From assembly GCA_017546265.1 (NCBI GenBank), contig JAFYXG010000003.1, positions 4,920 to 68,919 of the forward strand: 64,000 bases of DNA, given 5' to 3'. Source of the stretch: Alphaproteobacteria bacterium (GTDB lineage Bacteria > Pseudomonadota > Alphaproteobacteria > Rs-D84). Below the pieces are notes generated by a model. The model made no database searches, had not been told where the DNA came from, and saw only the letters and a program-made list of their open reading frames with translations. Shown here piece after piece: positions 17,637 through 26,389 of the stretch. The position numbers were made by a program, and so were the translations under genes. Every line of letters begins with the position of its first letter. Position 1 is the first letter of the stretch.

Positions 17637-18212
17637 ATGATAAATATCATTATGACATCAAAAATAAAAGTAAAAGAAGAATTTGTCGATCGGCCGGTCG
17701 TTATGGTTGGTTTGATGGGGGCGGGTAAAACCAGTGTTGGGCGTGCGTTGGCACGGCGATTGGGGATTCCGTTTGTTGATTCTGATAAAGAAATCGAGGC
17801 GGCTGCCGGTTGCAGCGTGGTTGATATCTTTGCTATGTATGGCGAGGAAGAGTTTCGCCGTGTTGAACAACGTGTTATTGAAAGGATATTGGATACACCG
17901 CCCGCGTTAAAGGTGATTTCTACGGGCGAGGGGGCTTTTATAACTCCGGCGGTGCGTGAAATGGTGTTGGAACGGGCGTTGTCTGTGTGGCTGCGTGCGG
18001 ATTTGGATTTGTTGGTGCGGCGTACCGGGGCACGTGATACGCGGCCGCAGTTGTTGAATGCTGACAGTCGGAAAATTTTGGCTCAGCTGATAGATGAACG
18101 CTATAAAACATATGCGTTGGCAGATATTATGGTGGAAACCCATGATGAAAGTTTAAGAAAAACCTTGGGGAAAGTTTTAAGTGCAATAGAGGATTATTCA
18201 AACAAACAATAA
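17637..18212 (+). CDS. aroK: Shikimate kinase
   Basis: VVMVGLMGAGKTSVGRALARRLGIPFVDSDKEIE. The start is ambiguous (ATG 17637 or 17652). Confidence 0.9.
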   Translation: MINIIMTSKIKVKEEFVDRPVVMVGLMGAGKTSVGRALARRLGIPFVDSDKEIEAAAGCSVVDIFAMYGEEEFRRVEQRVIERILDTPPALKVISTGEGAFITPAVREMVLERALSVWLRADLDLLVRRTGARDTRPQLLNADSRKILAQLIDERYKTYALADIMVETHDESLRKTLGKVLSAIEDYSNKQ

Positions 18213-18224
18213 AAGGAGTAAAAA

Positions 18225-18803
18225 ATGGCTAAAAAAAGCAACTTGTTAAAAGAATTTAGTACTTTTGTTCAACGTGGAAATGCAATCGATATGGCGGTTG
18301 GTATCATTGTTGGTAGTGTAATGACAGGGGTGGTTAATTCGTTGGTCAAAGATGTTATTATGCCGCCTATTGGGTTGCTGATTGGTGGGGTGGATTTTTC
18401 GCAGTGGTTCTTTGTGTTAAGTAATCCGACAGGCGGAACGTATGAAACAATTGCTCAGGCACAGGCCGCAGGGGCGACTACCTTGAATATGGGTGTGTTC
18501 TTGAATTCTGTGGTCAGTTTCTTTATTACTATGTTTGCGATATTTTTGTTTGTGCGGACTATGAATAAGATGCGTGATAAAAAGCCTGCTAATACACATG
18601 CCTGTCCGTATTGTAAATCAACTATAAATAATGCTGCAACAAAATGTCCGTTTTGTTGTTCGGATGTAGAACCGGTCGAAACCGGGGCGGTCGAAGACAG
18701 TGAGTTAAAGAAAGGTATAAAAACGGTCACAAAATTGGCGGCTGGTGTTGCAGATGATGCGTTGGGAAAAATAAAGAAAATTAAAAAAATAACAAAGCGT
18801 TAA
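18225..18803 (+). CDS. mscL: Large-conductance mechanosensitive channel with C-terminal zinc-ribbon extension
   Basis: LKEFSTFVQRGNAIDMAVGIIVG...VIMPPIGLLIGGVDFS, plus about 55 extra C-terminal residues containing CPYCKSTINNAATKCPFCC. Confidence 0.9.
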   Translation: MAKKSNLLKEFSTFVQRGNAIDMAVGIIVGSVMTGVVNSLVKDVIMPPIGLLIGGVDFSQWFFVLSNPTGGTYETIAQAQAAGATTLNMGVFLNSVVSFFITMFAIFLFVRTMNKMRDKKPANTHACPYCKSTINNAATKCPFCCSDVEPVETGAVEDSELKKGIKTVTKLAAGVADDALGKIKKIKKITKR

Positions 18804-19524
18804 ATTTGTTTGTTGATAAAATGGGTGAGTGCGGGTCGCAATTTTTGTGGCCCGTAAATTTTTTATAAATGCAGACTGGGTTATGTATAGTTGTGTTGAA
18901 GTGGTGGGGTGGGTGGGGCAGGATTGTCTCTGTGTGTGCGGTTGTTGTGAATTTATTATGGTGTTTAGTGCTTTTTTATTGTGGTGAGGTGTTTGTACGT
19001 GTTGTTGTGTCATTGTGTGCGGAATAAGTATTTTTGAAAAAAATATGTTTTTCTGTGGTTCGTTGATGGGAAGCTCTGTATTTTTTTGGGGAAAAATTTG
19101 GAACTGCAGGGTGGTATATTGCAAAGGCGTATAATGTATATTATGTATAGTTTAGTGTGATGTTGTGGTGAAGTTGTATGTGTTTTTGTATCTAAAATTT
19201 GTATTTAACAGTCTGTTTTTTTGTGTTTAAAATTCTGTTTGTTGTGTTGATGGATGTGTTTTGTTTTATTCGTGCCTTACTGAACGCAAATGTTGGTTAT
19301 CTGGTTTGTTTGCTTATGTGGCTGTGGTTGTGTGTTGTCCTGTGTGCCTTTGTTGCTTGGTATGACTGTGCTGTGTGGTGGTTTCTTTCTGTTGTTGTGC
19401 TGTTGTGAGCCCGATGAAGTTTTATTGATCGTATATTTGTATGCCCAGGTCGCTGAAAATCGATTGTAAATTTGATGATGGGAATTGTTTCTGCTATACT
19501 GTTCTTTGTTAAAGGAGTTTGGAT

Positions 19525-19623
19525 ATGAAAAGAGTTTTGTTCTTTGTGGTTTGGTTTTTCTTTTGGCCGATATTGTTGTGGTTTTATATCTTTGGTTTGG
19601 TTTATGAACGTTGGTTCGGGTAA
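19525..19623 (+). CDS. Candidate 32-aa hydrophobic peptide (MKRVLFFVVWFFFWPILLWFYIFGLVYERWFG)
   Basis: AAAGGAG (19511-19517) lies 7 nt before the ATG, the frame is in phase to TAA 19621-19623, and there is a single predicted TM helix. It is absent from the ORF track because it is too short. Confidence 0.3.
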   Translation: MKRVLFFVVWFFFWPILLWFYIFGLVYERWFG

Positions 19624-20553
19624 ATGTATTTAAGTTAAAGTAATACTGTTAAAGTAATGGATAATATTTTGTTATTACAATTATAAACGTTTTTGCGTGT
19701 TGTGTGGTGGTTGGTGTTTTTTTGAATAAAAATGCCCAAAATGTCAAAAATACCCAAAAAATGTGTTTTTTTGCCCTGCTCTGAGCCAAAAAACGAAAAA
19801 AAATGGCGGATTTCTGCGGGTTTGCGGCGAAAAAATGACTGGTGGGGCGGTGTTTTTTTACTTTTTTTGATGGGGTGGGCCGATTTTTGTAAAGAAATAA
19901 ATAAAAAACCTGAGGACATCGCAGACAATGGCGAGCATCAGGTTTTTTCAAGGTGTAATTGGCCAGTTTTATGCAAAACCAATTCTACGCATTGGTGGCC
20001 TGTGTTTCAGTCGTCCAACAATGGGGGCTTGATGGGTAAAAGTATATGTGTGCGGGGCTGAAAAGTCAAGATAAGGTTTTGTGTTAAAATAATATTTTAT
20101 CTGTTTGTTATTACGTTGAAATGTTGTTTGAAAAAAAGTTCCCTGGAATCCACCGGCTGGAAACTAATTTTATCGTGATGGTGTTGGAACGGTAAAACTG
20201 GATAAACGAGCGATAAAAGATAGTGCTGCACACGGAATTGGGAAAGAAAAGGTTGCTGCATTTCAGGCAGTGCCAGAAGTTATAAAAATGGCTTGATTTT
20301 TGACGAACAAACACAGTGGAAAGGCAGAAACTATGACAGCGTATCATTTATAGCACCAATTACAATAAATGGAGAACGGTATGCTTGCGAAGTTATCGTA
20401 AAGAAAAGTGTAGAACAAAATCGTTTTTACTTACACGAAGTAGAGATACAAGAAAAACTAGCAGATGTATTCAACGGTTCATTTTCCACAACCGCTGAAT
20501 CTGCTAGTTCTAAGTTAAGTATAGCCAAGAAATGGGAACAAGTCAAGACAACC

Positions 20554-20580
20554 AGTCAAATAAAAAGCACACAGAACAGG
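20554..20580 (+). repeat. 27-nt exact direct repeat, copy 1 (AGTCAAATAAAAAGCACACAGAACAGG)
   Basis: Identical to 21866-21892. Both encode SQIKSTQNR at module boundaries of the polyvalent pseudogene. Confidence 0.85.
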
Positions 20581-21865
20581 TTTAATCCAGTCCTACACGG
20601 CGAAAAAACAAGCAAATAAGGACGGTAATAATCGCCTAGGCAAGAAAGGTATATTCAACGATGACGATTTGTATTATCAGGCATTAAAAGAACAAAATCC
20701 TGATTTATTTGACGGCGACCACTGCACCAGCAAGAGTTTAACAGCAGTCCTGATGTCTAGAATGAATCAGTTTGATAACACAATTGACACACAGGTTCTA
20801 GAACATACAGACCTTGCAGACGAAAACGCACGTCTTGACGAAGTAAATCCTGAATATACAGGGGAAACAATCAACATAGACGGCAAAGAACGCACAGTAT
20901 ATAACAGCAATGGGGAAAGAATAGCAAAATCAGAACCTGCCCTGCGTAATTTCTGGAATTGGTTTGGAGATAGTAAGGTTGTTGATGATAATGGCAGACC
21001 GTTGGTTGTGTATCATGGAACACCCAGCGGGAATTTTGATACATTTATAAAAGATTCTTTCTTTACTGACGATACAGACCAAGCACGTGGTTATGCAGAA
21101 ATAAAATATAATACCATTGCACCCAAAGGACAGGTGTTTAGTGTTTATTTGAAAATGTCCAATCCATTTGTGTTTGATGCCAAGGGGCATTTTTGGAACG
21201 CACTTGATTATAAAGGCAAGAATGTTGATGGGGAAAAGCTTGCTAAAACAGCAAAAAAAGGCGGTTATGACGGTGTTATTATACAAAATGTAAAAGACCC
21301 AGCACAGCCGTGGAGTTTTGTGAAAAACACGACAGATTTTATTGTTTTTGAACAACCTAAATTTGCACCAACGGCACAGGAAAAAGAAACGTTTTTATCT
21401 GATCTGAAAAACAAGCAAATTATTCGGTTGGGTAAATTACCATCTGTATATGTGAATCTTGATTGGGAAAGTGCGGAAGTAAAAACCAATAAATCTGTTA
21501 TTATAAAAGATACCCAGACAAAACATAACGTCCCGATGGAAGTTGTAGAACGATTGCCTGAGTTATATAGCGACCCATTGTTGGTATTTGAATCCGCAAC
21601 GCAACCTGATAGATTGGTCGCAGTTATAGATGCAAAGGACAAATCGGGGAATCAAATAATAGTGGCTTTATCGCCCGCTCAAAAAGGTTATCATTTTATC
21701 CCAAGTTTTTATGGTAAAGATGACTTTGATAGTTTTGTCCAAAACAATATAGACAACGGCAGATTAAAATATATCAAAAATAGCGAAGTTTGGGACACTC
21801 TCCAATTGAGGCCTCTAAAACTTCGCTATACAGATAAGATAAAACAGAAAACAGACATTGTCAAC

Positions 21866-21892
21866 AGTCAAATAAAAAGCACACAGAACAGG
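21866..21892 (+). repeat. 27-nt exact direct repeat, copy 2
   Basis: See copy 1. Confidence 0.85.
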
Positions 21893-22029
21893 GGGACATT
21901 CAGTTCTGATACTGGAAATGTTTACCACCAACGCACGCAAGCGAACGGATACTATGATGCAGAGTTAAAGGTTATTGTTCTGGGCAGAAATATGAATACA
22001 ATGACCCTGTACCACGAAATTTTAGATTT

Positions 22030-22326
22030 TTATCTGCGTTTTTGCAGGTTGTTGATTTTTTTTCGGGTACGTTTGGCATCGTTATATGCATCGGTTGCAG
22101 AATTAAAACTCATTTGTGCCAGTATGATAAATAACATACCAAAGTATGCCGGGGCAACCCAGGAATCTTCGGCAGTGTTTTGTGATGCGGCATGGTAAAT
22201 ACTGTTTATAATTTCTGCGATTGATGCAAGAGTGCAACCATAGCCGGAGATATTAAAGATTTTGCCCTGGATTGTTTGATGGCGCAATTGTCGTTTCAGT
22301 ATGTCGATTTTATCTTTGTTGTTCAT
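22030..22326 (-). CDS. Hypothetical small membrane protein (98 aa from ATG 22326)
   Basis: MNNKDKIDILKRQL..., one TM segment (WVAPAYFGMLFIILAQMSF), and a basic tail. The longer listed start (22452) would overlap the upstream gene. Confidence 0.4.
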   Translation of the reverse strand: MNNKDKIDILKRQLRHQTIQGKIFNISGYGCTLASIAEIINSIYHAASQNTAEDSWVAPAYFGMLFIILAQMSFNSATDAYNDAKRTRKKINNLQKRR

Positions 22327-22348
22327 AAGATGTTGGTCCCCCTGCCCG

Positions 22349-22612
22349 CTAGCGTGTTTTGTAGCGGTCGCATAATTCGGATATATGAACCGCCAATTCC
22401 AATGCGGCGGCGGCAGTGTCGCATCGTTTGACATCGATGACGTGGCCGCCACGTTCGATATATGTTGTTATTTTTTGGCCGTTTAAGGTGGGCATGTATG
22501 TGGTTATCATTTTTTGTGGTGTATAATCGATATGGGCATTTGCCCCGTATGAGCACTGATAGCGGCAGCCATTGCAACAATAGACGTTTGTGCCACGAGT
22601 TTGGGTGAACAT
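22349..22612 (-). CDS. Hypothetical 87-aa Cys-containing protein
   Basis: An AAGGAG RBS lies 8 nt upstream of ATG 22612. It contains YCCNGCRYQC. I recognise no family. Confidence 0.45.
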   Translation of the reverse strand: MFTQTRGTNVYCCNGCRYQCSYGANAHIDYTPQKMITTYMPTLNGQKITTYIERGGHVIDVKRCDTAAAALELAVHISELCDRYKTR

Positions 22613-22683
22613 GTGTAATCTCCTTTGTGTGATGTTTTTGTGTTTTTATCAGTATAATCTGAATAATAATGTTGGCAAGTTTA

Positions 22684-22701
22684 TTTTTTCTGTGATAGCA
22701 T
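22684..22701 (+). promoter_or_regulatory. Putative tlyA promoter (TTTTTTCTGTGATAGCAT)
   Basis: It shares the exact 14-mer TTTTTTCTGTGATA with the hisS upstream region. The -10-like TAGCAT ends 9 nt before ATG 22711. Confidence 0.35.
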
Positions 22702-22710
22702 AGAAATACT

Positions 22711-23424
22711 ATGAGACTTGATTTGGCATTGGTTCAGCAGAATTTGTATTCCACACGGGCACGGGCGGTGGCCGCTGTTAAGGCGGGGTTGGTTAGTGTT
22801 AATGGAGTGCCCGCAAAAAAGCCCAGTCAAGATGTGTCTGATGCCGATGTGTTAAGTGGGGGCGATTTGCCCTATTCCATTGGTCGTGGCAGTTTGAAGT
22901 TATCGCATGCGTTGGACGTGTTTCAGATTGACCCAGCAGGATTGGTTTGTTTGGACGTTGGTGCCAGTACCGGTGGCTTTACCCAGGTGCTGTTAAATCG
23001 TGGTGCGGCACGTGTCTATGCGGTCGATGTTGGTACAGACCAATTGGTGCAGGTACTGCGTGAACATCCACGGGTGGTGTCAATTGAACAGACTGATATT
23101 CGTGCACTGGCCGTGCAGTCGGTGGTGGATTTGATTGTAATAGACGTTTCGTTTATTTCGCTGACCAATATTATACAAAGTTTGGTGCCGTGGGGGGCGG
23201 AAAATATCATCGCACTGATTAAACCCCAGTTCGAGGTGCCACGTGAAATTGCCGCCAAGTTTAATGGGATAATCAAATCGACCGAGTGGCACGATACTGC
23301 AGTCAACCAGGTCGTTGATGTGTTCGCAAAGTCTGGATTTCGATTGCGTGGAATAACACAATCCCCAATCCATGGTGGCAGTGGAAATGTTGAATTCTTG
23401 GCACATTTTTCAAAGAATAATTAA
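22711..23424 (+). CDS. tlyA: TlyA-family rRNA 2'-O-ribose methyltransferase
   Basis: S4-like N-terminus RLDLALVQQNLYSTRARAVAAVKAGLVSVNG, and SAM motif LDVGASTGGFTQVLL. Confidence 0.88.
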   Translation: MRLDLALVQQNLYSTRARAVAAVKAGLVSVNGVPAKKPSQDVSDADVLSGGDLPYSIGRGSLKLSHALDVFQIDPAGLVCLDVGASTGGFTQVLLNRGAARVYAVDVGTDQLVQVLREHPRVVSIEQTDIRALAVQSVVDLIVIDVSFISLTNIIQSLVPWGAENIIALIKPQFEVPREIAAKFNGIIKSTEWHDTAVNQVVDVFAKSGFRLRGITQSPIHGGSGNVEFLAHFSKNN

Positions 23425-23498
23425 AATAGTTCCTTGAATTTATTATTGTTTGGCGGTAAAATCCGCCCGGTTAGCATAACAAATATAGGAAAAATACA

Positions 23499-25895
23499 AT
23501 GGCAGATGATATGATGAAAATTCATGAGCGTGAGGCAAAATGGCAGAAAAAATGGCATGATGCACGCGTGTTTACACCAAAAAATGATGGTTCAAAACCA
23601 AAATACTATAATTTGATTGAATTTCCGTTCCCATCGGGGTCCGGGTTGCATGTCGGTCATATGTTGCCATATACAGGAATGGATGTGCTGGCTCGGTGGC
23701 GGCGGATGCGTGGATTTGATGTGCTGTTCCCAATTGGTTATGATTCTATGGGTATTTCGTCCGAAAACTATGCAACAAAAATTGGTAAGCACCCAAGTGA
23801 GTCTGTGGCGGAACTGATTAAGATTTTTGAACGTGATATTTCTATTATGGGGTTGTCATTTGACCCAGAATCCAAAGTGTCTACATCGGACCCAGAATTT
23901 ATCAAATGGACACAGTGGATGTTTATTCAGTTCTTTAAGGCTGGATTGGCATATAAGTCTGAATTGCCAATGAATTGGTGTCCGGCATGTAAAACAAATC
24001 TGACCAATGAAGAGTTAGAAGACGGTTGTTGTGAACGGTGTCATGGACCAGTTGAAAAGAAAATGAAACTGCAATGGAATTTGGCTATTACAAAGTATGC
24101 GGATAGACTGATTGATGATTTGAAATTGGTGGACTATCCAGAACGTGTCAAGACTGAACAAATAAACTGGATTGGTCGTTCACATGGTGCAGATGTCGAT
24201 TTTATGGTCGGTGAAGACAAAATGACGGTCTATACCACACGTGTTGATACTATCTTTGGTGTGACGTTCTGTGTTATTGCACCTGAACATGCGTTGGTGA
24301 AAAAGTGGCTGGACGAAGGTAAAATTACAAACACCGATGCCGTTAATGAATATATCGCCGCAGCACGTGCAAAGTCCGAGTTTGAACGTACTGACGTTAC
24401 AAAAGAAAAGACAGGAGTTGAACTGAAAGGTGTTCGTGCGGTAAATCCATTTAATGGTCGTGAAATACCTGTGTTTATTTCTGACTATGTGTTGGCGGAC
24501 TATGGTTTTGGTGCAATTATGGCCGTGCCGGCACATGATGGACGTGATTGGGACTTTGCGAAAAAGTTCGGGTTGGATATTATCCCAGTGCTGGCAGGTG
24601 GTGAACCAGATCAGGTCTGGGAAGGTGATGGTGAACATATCAATTCTGATTTCCTGAATGGTATGGGCAAAGATGAAGCAATCGCAGCCGCAATCAAGTA
24701 TGGGACAGAACATGGATTTGCACGTGGTACAACTAAATATAAATTAAAAGACTGGGGATTTTCACGCCAGATGTACTGGGGCGAGCCAATTCCATTGGTG
24801 TACTGTGAAAAGTGTGGATGGGTGCCAGTGCCAGAATCTGAATTGCCACTGATGCAGCCGTATATGTCCGACTATAAGCCGACCGATGATGGCGAAGGTC
24901 CCCTGGCACGTGCGACAGATTGGGTGAATACAACCTGTCCACATTGTGGTGCAGCGGCAAAGCGTGAAACGGATACTATGCCACAGTGGGCCGGGTCTTC
25001 GTGGTACTTTATGCGGTATTTAGATTCCAAGAATAATGATGCGTTTGCCAAACGTGGACAGTTGGATAAATGGATGCCTGTTGATCACTATAATGGGGGT
25101 ATGGAACATACAACACGTCATTTGCTGTATTCGCGGTTTTGGTACAAGGCATTGGCAGACCTGGGGTTCGTGCCAGGGGATGAACCATATAAAAAGCGTA
25201 CCAGTAATGGTTTGATTATGGCTGCCGATGGTTCAAAGATGTCAAAATCACGCGGAAATACTGTCCCCAGTTCCGATGTAGTGGAACGCAGCGGTGCTGA
25301 TGCGTGTCGTATGGCAATTCTGTATCTGGGGCCATGGGAACAAAGTGCGAATTGGTCCGAAGATACACTGCGTGGGGTTGAACGTTTCCTGAAACGTGTG
25401 GAAAACCTGGCGGCGAATTTGACAGATGATGAACTGACCCCAGACCAGGAACGTTTGGTGCACAAGTTGATTACAGATGTGACAGAGCGTTTGGAAAATA
25501 TGCGTTTTAATACTGCTATTTCTGCGATGATGGAATATATTAACGCGTTTGCGGGTAAAATGCCTCGCCCTGCATATGAAACACTGTTGCAGATGCTGAA
25601 TCCGTTCGCACCACATTTGACCGAAGAAATGTGGGAACAGATGGGCAACTCTGAAATGCTGGTGTTTAAGTCATGGCCAACGTTTGATGCGGCGAAACTG
25701 GTCGCAACCGAAATGACAATTGTTGTGTCGGTAAATGGTAAACGTGCAGCGGACTTTGTGGTGCCAGCAGATGCAGATGAGGATACTGTTGTTGCTGCAG
25801 CCAAGACGGCGGCGGGTGCCAAATTAGATGGTGCAACGATTATCAAGACGATTGTAGTGCCGCGTAAGTTGGTGAACTTTGTAATCAAGAAGTAA
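23499..25895 (+). CDS. leuS: Leucine--tRNA ligase
   Basis: HIGH-type GLHVGHMLPYT, KMSKS (GSKMSKSRGN), and a CP1 editing domain. Confidence 0.97.
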   Translation: MADDMMKIHEREAKWQKKWHDARVFTPKNDGSKPKYYNLIEFPFPSGSGLHVGHMLPYTGMDVLARWRRMRGFDVLFPIGYDSMGISSENYATKIGKHPSESVAELIKIFERDISIMGLSFDPESKVSTSDPEFIKWTQWMFIQFFKAGLAYKSELPMNWCPACKTNLTNEELEDGCCERCHGPVEKKMKLQWNLAITKYADRLIDDLKLVDYPERVKTEQINWIGRSHGADVDFMVGEDKMTVYTTRVDTIFGVTFCVIAPEHALVKKWLDEGKITNTDAVNEYIAAARAKSEFERTDVTKEKTGVELKGVRAVNPFNGREIPVFISDYVLADYGFGAIMAVPAHDGRDWDFAKKFGLDIIPVLAGGEPDQVWEGDGEHINSDFLNGMGKDEAIAAAIKYGTEHGFARGTTKYKLKDWGFSRQMYWGEPIPLVYCEKCGWVPVPESELPLMQPYMSDYKPTDDGEGPLARATDWVNTTCPHCGAAAKRETDTMPQWAGSSWYFMRYLDSKNNDAFAKRGQLDKWMPVDHYNGGMEHTTRHLLYSRFWYKALADLGFVPGDEPYKKRTSNGLIMAADGSKMSKSRGNTVPSSDVVERSGADACRMAILYLGPWEQSANWSEDTLRGVERFLKRVENLAANLTDDELTPDQERLVHKLITDVTERLENMRFNTAISAMMEYINAFAGKMPRPAYETLLQMLNPFAPHLTEEMWEQMGNSEMLVFKSWPTFDAAKLVATEMTIVVSVNGKRAADFVVPADADEDTVVAAAKTAAGAKLDGATIIKTIVVPRKLVNFVIKK

Positions 25896-25926
25896 AAAAA
25901 TCCCCCAGTCGGGGGATTTTTATTTT
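25896..25926. terminator. Bidirectional terminator (leuS / rpiB)
   Basis: A7-TCCCCC-AGTC-GGGGGA-T5. Confidence 0.8.
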
Positions 25927-25942
25927 ATGTTTTATGTCGGGG

Positions 25943-26389
25943 TTATGAAATCTTTTCTACACGGCGGATGCGGCGTTCAATTGCATCAAATGGACTTTCC
26001 AGAAATGCCTGGGCACATAAAAATGCTACTTCGATATCCAAATCATCGGCCGCCAAAGCCAATACGTTGGTGTCATCGTGAAAACGATCTTCGCGGGCCT
26101 GAGATGGTGTGGTGCAACGTGATGCCCGTATGTGACGATAGCGGTTCGCCGCAATCATTACGCCTGCACCAGTGCCACAAATAATTATACCGCGTGATAA
26201 TTTGTCGTTTGCCATCGCGTTCGCCAGTGCCGCTGCAACGTCAGGATAGTCAACAGATGAATTCGGGTCGTCTGTCCCTAAATTTACAACAGTATAACCC
26301 GCCGCGTTCAGCATGTTGATTAAATATAACTTTAACCCTACTCCGCGATGATCAGATGCAATATATACAGTTGAAATGTTTTTGTTCAT
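25943..26389 (-). CDS. rpiB: Ribose-5-phosphate isomerase B
   Basis: VYIASDHRGVGLK, IIICGTGAGVMIAANR. ATG 26389 (MNKNIST) abuts the bactofilin stop. Confidence 0.92.
   Translation of the reverse strand: MNKNISTVYIASDHRGVGLKLYLINMLNAAGYTVVNLGTDDPNSSVDYPDVAAALANAMANDKLSRGIIICGTGAGVMIAANRYRHIRASRCTTPSQAREDRFHDDTNVLALAADDLDIEVAFLCAQAFLESPFDAIERRIRRVEKIS

Larger units (their letters stand above)
20168..22020 (+). pseudogene. Frameshifted, 5'- and 3'-truncated polyvalent-protein gene of phage/conjugative-element type
   Basis: There are three reading-frame pieces. Piece one, 20168-20293, reads FYRDGVGTVKLDKRAIKDSAAHGIGKEKVAAFQAVPEVIK. Piece two, 20293-20619, reads IFDEQTQWKGRNYDSVSFIAPITINGERYACEVIVKKSVEQNRFYLHEV. 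Piece three, about 20564-22018, contains ALRNFWNWFGDSKVVDDNGRPLVVYHGT..., KHNVPMEVVERLPELYSDPLLVFES...IPSFYGKDDF, and linkers GIFNDDDLYYQ / GNVYHQ. The frame breaks sit at an A5 run (20284-20288) and near an A6 run (20603-20608). No start codon is present, and homology ends inside ...TLYHE. Confidence 0.7.

Noticed and set aside
15199-18212. Missing usual neighbours (prmC after prfA, aroB after aroK) as a sign of a special locus
   Set aside because: This is gene-order scrambling without any inserted novel genes at these points. It is uninformative from this window alone.
18705-19408. Listed ORFs in the G+T-skewed region (139 aa on the minus strand, 69 aa on the plus strand)
   Set aside because: Their compositions (Gln/His/Thr/Pro-rich on the CA strand; Phe/Val/Leu/Cys/Trp-rich on the GT strand) are what the skew forces in any frame. 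They have no RBS, non-ATG starts, and no recognisable domains.
18804-20166. Replication origin (oriC) suggested by the long non-coding AT/A-tract-rich region
   Set aside because: I found no TTATCCACA-type DnaA boxes or clusters of near-matches, and no dnaA/hemE-type neighbours. The adjacent polyvalent pseudogene makes a dead mobile element the simpler explanation.
22030-22452. Long 140-aa version of the minus-strand ORF
   Set aside because: The N-terminal 42 codons overlap the 3' part of the 87-aa gene and lack an RBS. The internal ATG at 22326 gives a compact non-overlapping gene.
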